Source: Pyrinomonadaceae bacterium (GTDB taxonomy: Bacteria; Acidobacteriota; Blastocatellia; Pyrinomonadales; Pyrinomonadaceae). From it: a stretch of DNA of 64,000 bases. Shown piece by piece: positions 49,608-56,668 of this stretch. The position numbers and the translations under genes are program-made. Below the pieces are notes generated by a model. That model did no database searches. It saw nothing but the letters and a program-made list of their open reading frames with translations, and had not been told where the DNA came from. The stretch spans positions 924-64,923 of the forward strand of contig DASVES010000154.1 of the NCBI GenBank assembly GCA_036380435.1. The letters run 5' to 3'. How positions within the stretch are numbered: position 1 is the first letter of the stretch; every line of letters begins with the position of its first letter.

Positions 49608-50420
49608 ATGGCTTCGGACGCCCCCTCGCGAATCCGGGTGCTCGTCGTTGACGACGAGCCTCTGGCGCGAGAAAAAATTCGCGAGATGGTCAAGCGCGAC
49701 GCGGAGATCGAGATCGTCGGCGAGTGTTCGAGCGGCGCCGAGGCTGTCTCGGCCGTGCGCGAGCTGCGCCCCGACCTGTTGCTGCTCGACGTGCAGATGC
49801 CCGAACTCGGCGGCTTTGAAGTTCTTCAGGCGCTCGACGGCGAGCACCCGCCCGCCGTCATCTTCGTCACGGCCTACGACCAGTACGCCGTGCGCGCCTT
49901 CGAGGTACACGCGCTCGATTACCTTCTGAAGCCCTTCGACCGTGAGCGTTTCGAGGCCGCGATGGGGCACGCCAAGGCGCACCTGCGCGGACAGGGCCGC
50001 GGCGGCGGCGACTCAAACGGCGCCGGCGGCCCGTTCGACCGGAGGATTCTCGACCTGCTCGAAGAGTTGAAGGCCGAGAAGCGTTACGCCGAGCGACTCG
50101 TCGTCAAGGACGCGGGCCGCGTCTTCTTTCTGGAGACGGCCGAGATCGAATGGGTCGAGGCCGAGGGCAACTACATCAACGTCCACACGCAGAAGAAGTC
50201 GCACCTGCTGCGCGAGACCATCAGCGGACTCGAAGCGCAGCTCGACCCTCGGAAGTTCGTCCGCATCCATCGCTCGGCCATCGTCAACATCGGCAGCGTC
50301 CGCGAGCTTCAGCCGTGGACGCACGGCGAGTACCACGTCATCCTGCGTAACGGCACGAGCCTGACCTTGAGCCGCAACTACCGGGAGAACCTTCGCAACG
50401 TCCTCGGCAACGGGCTGTGA
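49608..50420 (+). CDS. LytR/AlgR-family response regulator (REC + LytTR)
   Basis: IRVLVVDDEPLAREKI…DLLLLDVQMPE (REC). C-terminal …IEWVEAEGNYINVHT…FVRIHRSAIVN (LytTR). Confidence 0.9.
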   Translation: MASDAPSRIRVLVVDDEPLAREKIREMVKRDAEIEIVGECSSGAEAVSAVRELRPDLLLLDVQMPELGGFEVLQALDGEHPPAVIFVTAYDQYAVRAFEVHALDYLLKPFDRERFEAAMGHAKAHLRGQGRGGGDSNGAGGPFDRRILDLLEELKAEKRYAERLVVKDAGRVFFLETAEIEWVEAEGNYINVHTQKKSHLLRETISGLEAQLDPRKFVRIHRSAIVNIGSVRELQPWTHGEYHVILRNGTSLTLSRNYRENLRNVLGNGL

Positions 50421-50761
50421 CGTGCGCCGAACGGCGCGCGGCGGGGCGCGTCGGAGTCGAACTGTAAATTGATTGTAAAGCGCGCCGCGGCCGCACACGG
50501 CTTCGAGTCCGCTCCGGCACGCGCCTTTGCCCTTTCATCACAAAATACTTCCGCGCATGCGTCCTGATCAATTAACTTCGACGCGTGCCAGCCCGCCGCC
50601 GTTCCCGGCGAAGACCATGTGTGACGAGCATGCCCGCCGCGTCGCACGCTCAGCCCCGTGGTCGCGCCAGAAGGGTCTCGGCTGTCATCGAATGTTAAGC
50701 GTCCGAATCGGGAACTCAATTAGTCGAAGGAGGGAATCAATTGTGCCAGGGAGGTGTGCCA

Positions 50762-51514
50762 ATGAGATTTCCTCTTGCTCCGAATGCGTTCGCGCTGATG
50801 CTCTGCGCCCCCATCTGGGTGGCGGCCTTCGAGACGCCGCCCTGCGTGCCCCCCGACGCCTGCGCCACGTTCGCCGAGAGCATGGCGATAGGTGCGACCG
50901 CCGGAGGGCGAGACGACTTGGCGGGGCCGCCGATGCCGACTGAAGCAGCCCCGGTGAAAATCATGCTCGAAGACGCGCAGCGGGCTGTACTCCTTGAAGA
51001 AGCCTACAAGGATGCCCGCGACGTGCTGGCCCGAGATGATGAGTGCAGCGACTTCTTCGGCGGACGTGACGGCGCACAACACGTCCTTGGCCGGCTCGTC
51101 GGTCAGTTGCGAGACGACCCGGCGCTCGAACCAAACATAGGCATCGTGATGAAGGGTGACTATACGAACATCATCAACTTACAAAGCGGCTTGAGCTATC
51201 GCCTGTTCACCGAGGCGATTGTCAACAGCAGAGGCCCCTTCTTCCGTAAGAACGACGGCCGGCGCGTGTTCCCGGACTGCGGCAGCTTCGCGCCGAACAC
51301 GCGGGGCGTGCGCGCCGCGATGCTCTTGCACGAACTGGGACACCTGATTCAAGGCGCCAATGGCCGCTGGCTGCTGCCGAACGACGGGAACAACCCGATG
51401 TTAGCCGAGCGCAACAGCAACCGCATCGAGAAGAAGTGTGGCCGGCAGATCAAAGCGCTCGACGCCAAACCGGCCCCGAGCGATCTGGGAACGGCGAAAC
51501 GCGCTCGCAGTTGA
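50762..51514 (+). CDS. Secreted hypothetical protein with HExxH motif (possible metallopeptidase)
   Basis: GGAGG RBS, MRFPLAPNAFALMLCAPIWVAA signal, LLHELGHLIQ. Visibly lower GC. Confidence 0.6.
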   Translation: MRFPLAPNAFALMLCAPIWVAAFETPPCVPPDACATFAESMAIGATAGGRDDLAGPPMPTEAAPVKIMLEDAQRAVLLEEAYKDARDVLARDDECSDFFGGRDGAQHVLGRLVGQLRDDPALEPNIGIVMKGDYTNIINLQSGLSYRLFTEAIVNSRGPFFRKNDGRRVFPDCGSFAPNTRGVRAAMLLHELGHLIQGANGRWLLPNDGNNPMLAERNSNRIEKKCGRQIKALDAKPAPSDLGTAKRARS

Positions 51515-51593
51515 AGGGAAAGTTAAACGAGGCTTCAACGCCGCGCGTTTAAAGCTGCGGGCGGGCCTGGGAAACAATAGGGAGGTTTACGAG

Positions 51594-51983
51594 ATGATTA
51601 ACGTCGCACTACTGGATCACGAAGTCATCCGCGCGCGCGAGGGCGTGAGAGTGGAAGGCTCCGCGGGCGAGATCGACCTCGCGCGCAAGGTCGAGTCGCT
51701 ACGCGAGGTGGCCCTGTCGCTCCTCAAGCAGGTGGAGCAGCTCGAAGAGTCGCTCTCGGCCAGAGGCACGGCCCGCAGCACCGACCTCCACGCCGAGGTG
51801 CAACGCTTTGAGACCGAAATCATCCGCGACGCGCTGAAGAAGACGGGCGGCCACCAGCGCCGCGCCGCGCGCATGCTCGGCGTCAAGGTTTCGACCCTCA
51901 ACGCCAAGATCAGGCGCTACGGCATCCGCCCGGAGGACTTGAACGACGCGGGCGGCCTCCGCCTCGTCGGCGAAGGAGCCTGA
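51594..51983 (+). CDS. Small Fis-family HTH (HTH_8) DNA-binding protein
   Basis: GGAGG RBS. C-terminal IIRDALKKTGGHQRRAARMLGVKVSTLNAKIRRYGI. Confidence 0.75.
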   Translation: MINVALLDHEVIRAREGVRVEGSAGEIDLARKVESLREVALSLLKQVEQLEESLSARGTARSTDLHAEVQRFETEIIRDALKKTGGHQRRAARMLGVKVSTLNAKIRRYGIRPEDLNDAGGLRLVGEGA

Positions 51984-52032
51984 CGCCGCCACAGAGGACG
52001 GCCGCCGCGCGCTCTTTCCGCGGCCGAAGTTC

Positions 52033-52062
52033 TTGACACGGTTTCGGCAGGCTGCCTATATT
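52033..52062 (+). promoter_or_regulatory. Near-consensus sigma70-type promoter with no CDS directly downstream
   Basis: TTGACA 52033-52038, 18-nt spacer, TATATT 52057-52062. Confidence 0.55.
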
Positions 52063-52068
52063 GATGCC

Positions 52069-52304
52069 CGCGGCGGTCGTCGGTTCGACCCGAAGAGTAG
52101 TTCACAAGTTTACAGACGCGATGCACGTCACACGTTTTTATTACTTCGCCTTTACGTTCCGCTTCTCCACAGGGGAGGGGCGGCTCGGGCGAAGCACGCG
52201 CGCGCGTCGAAGGTTTGAGGGCTAAGGCCCGGACGCCGCGAAAGAGTTTCCGAGAGCCGGCCGCGACCTCCCCGAGAGAGGTCGCGGCCGGCTCTTTTTG
52301 TTTT
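52069..52304 (+). ncRNA. Candidate small RNA or long leader bounded by the promoter and the intrinsic terminator
   Basis: About 230 nt between the predicted start and a strong terminator. Only an Arg-rich shadow ORF lies in it. Locally A/T-richer. No known RNA family recognised. Confidence 0.3.
52253..52304 (+). terminator. Rho-independent terminator
   Basis: 18-bp perfect stem agagccggccgcgacctc / gaggtcgcggccggctct, 7-nt loop, then ttttgtttt. Confidence 0.85.
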
Positions 52305-52364
52305 CAAGTTGAGTGCGTCGCCGGGACACCGGCGGCGCGGCCGAGTCGGAAGGAGACACACGAG

Positions 52365-52604
52365 ATGAAAGATGGGAATTGGCAGACGGAGGTCGAGGTC
52401 ATCGACGGCGAGGTGCTGCGGCTGTTGGAGCGCCGGTCGCAGATCGTCGCGCTGGCCGCGTGCGCCGGCGACTACGCGCGGGCGGCGCGGCAGGTCGATA
52501 CGAGCGCCGGCGGCGAAGCGCGCCCGCGACGCTCACGGGCGGCGTCGCTCTACGCCTCACAGCCGCACCCGGAGGCGCACGTCGCCGCCGGTGATTTGCC
52601 GTGA
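52365..52604 (+). CDS. Small hypothetical protein (N-terminal helix faintly chorismate-mutase-like)
   Basis: GGAAGGAG RBS 9 nt upstream of the ATG. GC3-rich frame. EVIDGEVLRLLERRSQIVALA. Otherwise low complexity. Confidence 0.35.
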   Translation: MKDGNWQTEVEVIDGEVLRLLERRSQIVALAACAGDYARAARQVDTSAGGEARPRRSRAASLYASQPHPEAHVAAGDLP

Positions 52605-52606
52605 GG

Positions 52607-52769
52607 AGCTATTAGCCATTTGCTGTTAGCTGTTAGCTAAATGCTGTCCGTTGTCCGTGGTCAGTCATCCGTTGCTCGCGGCCCGCGGCTTGAGCCGTCC
52701 GACGCGAGCGGGAAGAAGCGTCAACGGAAAGCGTTTAGCTAACAGCTAATGGCTAACAGCTAACAGCTT
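52607..52769. repeat. GCTGTTA heptamer-arm hairpin
   Basis: gagctattagccatttgctgttagctgttagctaaa … tttagctaacagctaatggctaacagctaacagctt, with a loop of about 92 nt. Confidence 0.9.
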
Positions 52770-52788
52770 CTTGCGTTAGAATCTGTGT

Positions 52789-53763
52789 GTGATGAGGCTC
52801 AGTCGTTTCTCGGTTTTCGTGTGGGGCGTGGTGGCCTTCAACCTCGGCGTGATCGTGTGGGGTGCTTACGTGCGCGCGTCGCTGTCGGGCGACGGGTGCG
52901 GGAGCAGTTGGCCACTGTGCAACGGCGAGGTGGTGCCGCTCGGCGCGGGCGCGAAGACGCTCGTGGAGTTCACGCACCGCGCGACGAGCGGCGTGGCGCT
53001 CCTGCTCGTCGTCGCGCTCGTCGCGTGGGCGCTGCGCGCCCTGCCGAAGCGACACCCGGCGCGAGCCGGCGCCGTCATGTCGCTCGTCTTCATCGTCGTC
53101 GAGGCATTGATCGGGGCGCTGCTGGTACGCTATCAGTTCGTGGCCGGCAACCCCTCGGCCTCGCGCGCCGTCTGGATGGCCGTCCATCTCGTGAACACCT
53201 TTCTACTGCTGGCGTCGCTCGCGCTGACGGCGTGGTGGGCTTCCGGCGGCACGGCCGTGCGTCTCAGGCGGCAGGGGACGCTCGGGCTGGTCGTCTACAG
53301 CGCGCTCGCCGGGACACTGGTGCTGGCGGTGAGCGGGGCGGTGGCCGCACTCGGCGACACGCTCTTTCCCGCCGGCTCGCTGGCCGAAGGGTTGAGACAA
53401 GACCTGTCGCCGGCGGCGCACGCGCTCGTCCGCCTGCGACTGTTGCACCCGCTGCTGGCATTGGTCGTCGGCGGCCTCGTCCTCTTCGCCGCCAGCTACG
53501 CCAACCGCGTGCGCGCCGGCTTGTGGGTGGGCCGACTCTCAGGCGCGGCGGCCGCGCTCGTGCTGTTGCAACTCCTCGTCGGCGCCTTCAACGTGGCGCT
53601 GCTCGCGCCCGTCGGCCTTCAGCTCACACACCTCCTGCTCGCCGACCTCATGTGGATCGCGCTCGTGCTGCTCGGGGCTGCGGCCCTGTCGCACGAGGCG
53701 CACGCGGCCGCCGCCCCCGGCTTCGAGCCGTCGGGCGTGCCCTCGGCGGCCGGGTCTTCCTGA
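52789..53763 (+). CDS. ctaA: Heme A synthase (COX15/CtaA family)
   Basis: …FNLGVIVWGAYVRASLSGDGCGSSWPLCNGEVVP…EFTHRATSG. Eight hydrophobic helices. Start is GTG 52789 or ATG 52792. Confidence 0.85.
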   Translation: MMRLSRFSVFVWGVVAFNLGVIVWGAYVRASLSGDGCGSSWPLCNGEVVPLGAGAKTLVEFTHRATSGVALLLVVALVAWALRALPKRHPARAGAVMSLVFIVVEALIGALLVRYQFVAGNPSASRAVWMAVHLVNTFLLLASLALTAWWASGGTAVRLRRQGTLGLVVYSALAGTLVLAVSGAVAALGDTLFPAGSLAEGLRQDLSPAAHALVRLRLLHPLLALVVGGLVLFAASYANRVRAGLWVGRLSGAAAALVLLQLLVGAFNVALLAPVGLQLTHLLLADLMWIALVLLGAAALSHEAHAAAAPGFEPSGVPSAAGSS

Positions 53764-53838
53764 ATCATCCGCGCCGCGACAAAATCGAGAGACAAGCGTG
53801 ATTCCTTCCGCGCCGCGCCCGCGCATCATAAGGGCACG

Positions 53839-54777
53839 ATGCACGGGGATAATCACTTGGGGATACAAGACGACGCGCGGACGACGCCGAACCTCGGCCT
53901 CGTCTGCATCACCACCACGGACGCCGTGCGTTACCGCACGACGACGCGCAAGCGGCTCTTGCAGTTTGAGACCGCCGAGCAGAAGCGACGCTTGCGCGAA
54001 CTCTACGCCGCCAACCTCTCGCGCCTCGACGGCGCGCTCGACTTCTGCCTGTCGCAAGACTTGCGCCTCTATCGCATGACCTCGGGGCTGTTCCCGTTCG
54101 CCGACGACGAGGCGGGCGCCGACGTGCTCGAAGAGTTTCGCAGTGAGGCGGCGCGCGTCGGGCGTCGCGCCACGCAACGGGGCATCCGCCTCGTGCTCCA
54201 CCCCGACCAGTTCGTCGTCCTCAGCAGCGACTCGCCGCACGTCGTCGCCAACAGCATCAAGATTCTGGAGACGCACGCCCTCGTCATGGACCTCCTCGAA
54301 CAGCCGCGCTCCGCGTGGGCGCTCGTTGAGATTCACGGCGGGAAGTCGGGCCGCGCCGCGCAGCTCGTGAGCGTGGTGCGCGACCTGCCCGACGCCGTCC
54401 GCTCGCGCCTCGCCTTCGAGAACGACGAGTACTCGTACAGCGCCGCGGAGATTCTCGAAGTCTGCCACGCCGCCGGCGTGCCGATGGTCTTCGACGCGCA
54501 CCACCACGTCGTCAGCGAGCGGCTGGAATCTTACGACCACCCGAGCGTGGGCGAGATGCTGCGCTCCGCGCGCGCGACGTGGGCCGTGCCCGAGTGGCAG
54601 CTCGTCCACATCTCCAACGGGCGCGAGTCCTTCAACGACCGGCACCACAGCGACCTCATCCACGACATGCCCGAGGCGTACCGCGATGCGCCGTGGATCG
54701 AGGTCGAGGCGAAACACAAGGAGTTGGCGATAGAAAAACTGCGCGCCGGGTGGCTGGCGCAGGGCGCAGCGGCATAA
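53839..54777 (+). CDS. uvsE: UV damage endonuclease
   Basis: LGLVCITTTDAVRYRTTT…YRMTSGLFPF…LVLHPDQFVVL…LVEIHGG…FENDE…VFDAHHH, the UvdE TIM-barrel signature. Confidence 0.88.
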   Translation: MHGDNHLGIQDDARTTPNLGLVCITTTDAVRYRTTTRKRLLQFETAEQKRRLRELYAANLSRLDGALDFCLSQDLRLYRMTSGLFPFADDEAGADVLEEFRSEAARVGRRATQRGIRLVLHPDQFVVLSSDSPHVVANSIKILETHALVMDLLEQPRSAWALVEIHGGKSGRAAQLVSVVRDLPDAVRSRLAFENDEYSYSAAEILEVCHAAGVPMVFDAHHHVVSERLESYDHPSVGEMLRSARATWAVPEWQLVHISNGRESFNDRHHSDLIHDMPEAYRDAPWIEVEAKHKELAIEKLRAGWLAQGAAA

Positions 54778-54811
54778 TTCCCAAATCAACTTTCAGTTGA
54801 ACGAAGTGACG

Positions 54812-55438
54812 ATGCTCCGCGAGTCGGCTAAAAAAGGGCGCAAGCTCAGTCGCTCCTTCTACGCTCGCGACGACACGCTGCTCGTTGCGCGCGAGCTTCT
54901 CGGCAAGCGTCTGGTCGTGCCGGCGGCGGACGGCGCGCGCGTCTCGGGCCTCATCGTCGAGACCGAAGCCTACATGGGGCCGGAGGACAAAGCCTCGCAC
55001 GCCTTCGGGGGCCGCCGCACCGCGCGCACCGAGATGATGTACGCGCGGGGCGGCGCCGTCTACGTCTATCTCATCTATGGCCTGCACCACCAGTTCAACG
55101 TCGTGACCGGAACGGAAGGCATTCCGCACGCCATACTCGTGCGCGCGCTCGAACCCGTCGAGGGCGTCGATGTGATGCGCGCGCGGCGCGGCCTCGAAGA
55201 CGTGCGGAGGCTCGCGAGCGGGCCGGGCAAGCTCTGTCAGGCGCTTGCCCTCGACCGCGGCTATAACGGCGAAGACCTGACGCGAACGCGCGTGTGGCTT
55301 GAAGACGCGGGACGCCCCGTTAGCCCTCGCGAAATCGCGCGCGGCCCGCGCGTCGGCATCGACTACGCGCAGGAGTACATCGCCAAACCGTGGCGCTTCT
55401 GGGTCAAAGACAACCCCTTCGTCAGCAAAAAGGCTTAA
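54812..55438 (+). CDS. DNA-3-methyladenine glycosylase (AAG/Mpg family)
   Basis: …LLVARELLGKRLV…GLIVETEAYMGPEDKASHAFGGRRTARTEMMY…GGAVYVYLIYGLHHQFNVV…SGPGKLCQALAL. Confidence 0.9.
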   Translation: MLRESAKKGRKLSRSFYARDDTLLVARELLGKRLVVPAADGARVSGLIVETEAYMGPEDKASHAFGGRRTARTEMMYARGGAVYVYLIYGLHHQFNVVTGTEGIPHAILVRALEPVEGVDVMRARRGLEDVRRLASGPGKLCQALALDRGYNGEDLTRTRVWLEDAGRPVSPREIARGPRVGIDYAQEYIAKPWRFWVKDNPFVSKKA

Positions 55439-55473
55439 CGTCGTCATCGCGTCCTTTGCGCCTTCATTGAGAA

Positions 55474-55567
55474 ACAGTACCGCGAGCGGCAGCCTCGCGG
55501 GTGTGTCTACGATGAGCGGCCCGCTTAGCGCATGCGAGACCCGCGAGGCTTCCGCTCGCGGTACTGT
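55474..55567. repeat. ACAGTACCGCGAGCGG palindromic element, copy 7 (variant arms on both sides)
   Basis: acagtaccgcgagcggcagcctcgcgggtg … acccgcgaggcttccgctcgcggtactgt. Both arms carry the cctcgcggg variant, so pairing is kept apart from one mismatch. Confidence 0.92.
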
Positions 55568-55708
55568 GCTTCTGGCATATGAAGACTCACGCGAAAGGCG
55601 CAAAGATAAGGCGCGGTTGAAACGTGGGGAGGGGGTTGGTCGCTTGTGTGCCGGCGGCGGATTGCTGTTACATTAGACAGCGACTTCACACGGACGGGAA
55701 AACCGAAC

Positions 55709-56647
55709 TTGCAGATAACTTTCCTCGGAACCAGCGCCGGCGTGCCGACGCGCTCGCGCAACGTCTCCTGCGTCGCGCTTCGCCTTGAGCAGCGCGGCGA
55801 GGTGTGGCTCTTCGACTGCGGCGAGGGCACGCAGCACCAGTTCCTGCGCTGCAACGAACTCAAGATCAGCCAGATCACGCGCGTCTTCATCACGCACATG
55901 CACGGCGACCACGTCTTCGGCCTCATGGGTCTTCTGGCCACCTGCGGCATGGCCGGGCACGCCCGACGCATCGATGTCTACGGCCCGCCGGGACTCGCCG
56001 AGTACGTCCGCGAGTCAACACGCCGCTCGCAGACGCGCTTCTCCTACCCGGCGGAGATACACACAATCGAGGGGGCCGGCCGTATCTATGAAGACGACGA
56101 GTACTCGGTCGTCTGCGACGCGCTCGTCCACCGCGCGCCGACCTTCGGTTACCGCGTGACGGAGAAAGACCGACCGGGCCGCTTCGACGTGGAGCACGCC
56201 CGCGCGCTCGGCATCCCCGAGGGGCCGCTCTACGGCCGCCTCAAGCGCGGCGAAAGCGTGGAGCTGCCGGACGGGCGCATCGTCAACGGCCGCGATCTCA
56301 CCGGCCCCACGGAGCCGGGGCGCAGCGTCGCCTATTGCACCGACACGGTCTACTGTCAGGCGTCGGTCGAACTCGCGCGCGACGCCGACGTGCTCATCCA
56401 CGAGGCGACCTTCGCGCGCGACGAGATAGAGCTTGCGCGCCAGAGCATGCACTCGACGACCGAGACGGCGGCCCGCGTCGCGCTTGAAGCGCAGGCGCGT
56501 CGCCTCGTCATCACGCACATCAGCCCGCGCTACGCCGAGGTCAACCCCGTCACCCCGCAAGACCTGCTCGAAGAGGCCCGCGCCGTTTTCCCTGATACCT
56601 ATCTCGCCCGCGACTTCCTCACCCTCGAAGTCCCGAGACGTGTGTGA
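55709..56647 (+). CDS. rnz: Ribonuclease Z
   Basis: LQITFLGTSAGVPTRSRNVSCVAL…WLFDCGEGTQHQ…ITHMHGDHVFGL. A TTG 55709 start fits the family N-terminus. GTG 55646 is the alternative. Confidence 0.9.
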   Translation: MQITFLGTSAGVPTRSRNVSCVALRLEQRGEVWLFDCGEGTQHQFLRCNELKISQITRVFITHMHGDHVFGLMGLLATCGMAGHARRIDVYGPPGLAEYVRESTRRSQTRFSYPAEIHTIEGAGRIYEDDEYSVVCDALVHRAPTFGYRVTEKDRPGRFDVEHARALGIPEGPLYGRLKRGESVELPDGRIVNGRDLTGPTEPGRSVAYCTDTVYCQASVELARDADVLIHEATFARDEIELARQSMHSTTETAARVALEAQARRLVITHISPRYAEVNPVTPQDLLEEARAVFPDTYLARDFLTLEVPRRV

Positions 56648-56668
56648 GGCCGCGGCCCGCACCGCACT

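Noticed and set aside
50421-50761. 138-aa ORF 50527-50943 and other ORFs in the gap after the LytTR regulator.
   Set aside because: The translation is Arg-rich, there is no RBS, and the ORF overlaps the better-supported HExxH gene start. I treat the gap as a regulatory region.
52070-52100. ggttcgaccc segment after the orphan promoter as a tRNA T-arm.
   Set aside because: The flanking bases do not form a 5-bp T-stem with a 7-nt loop, and no acceptor or anticodon arms can be drawn.
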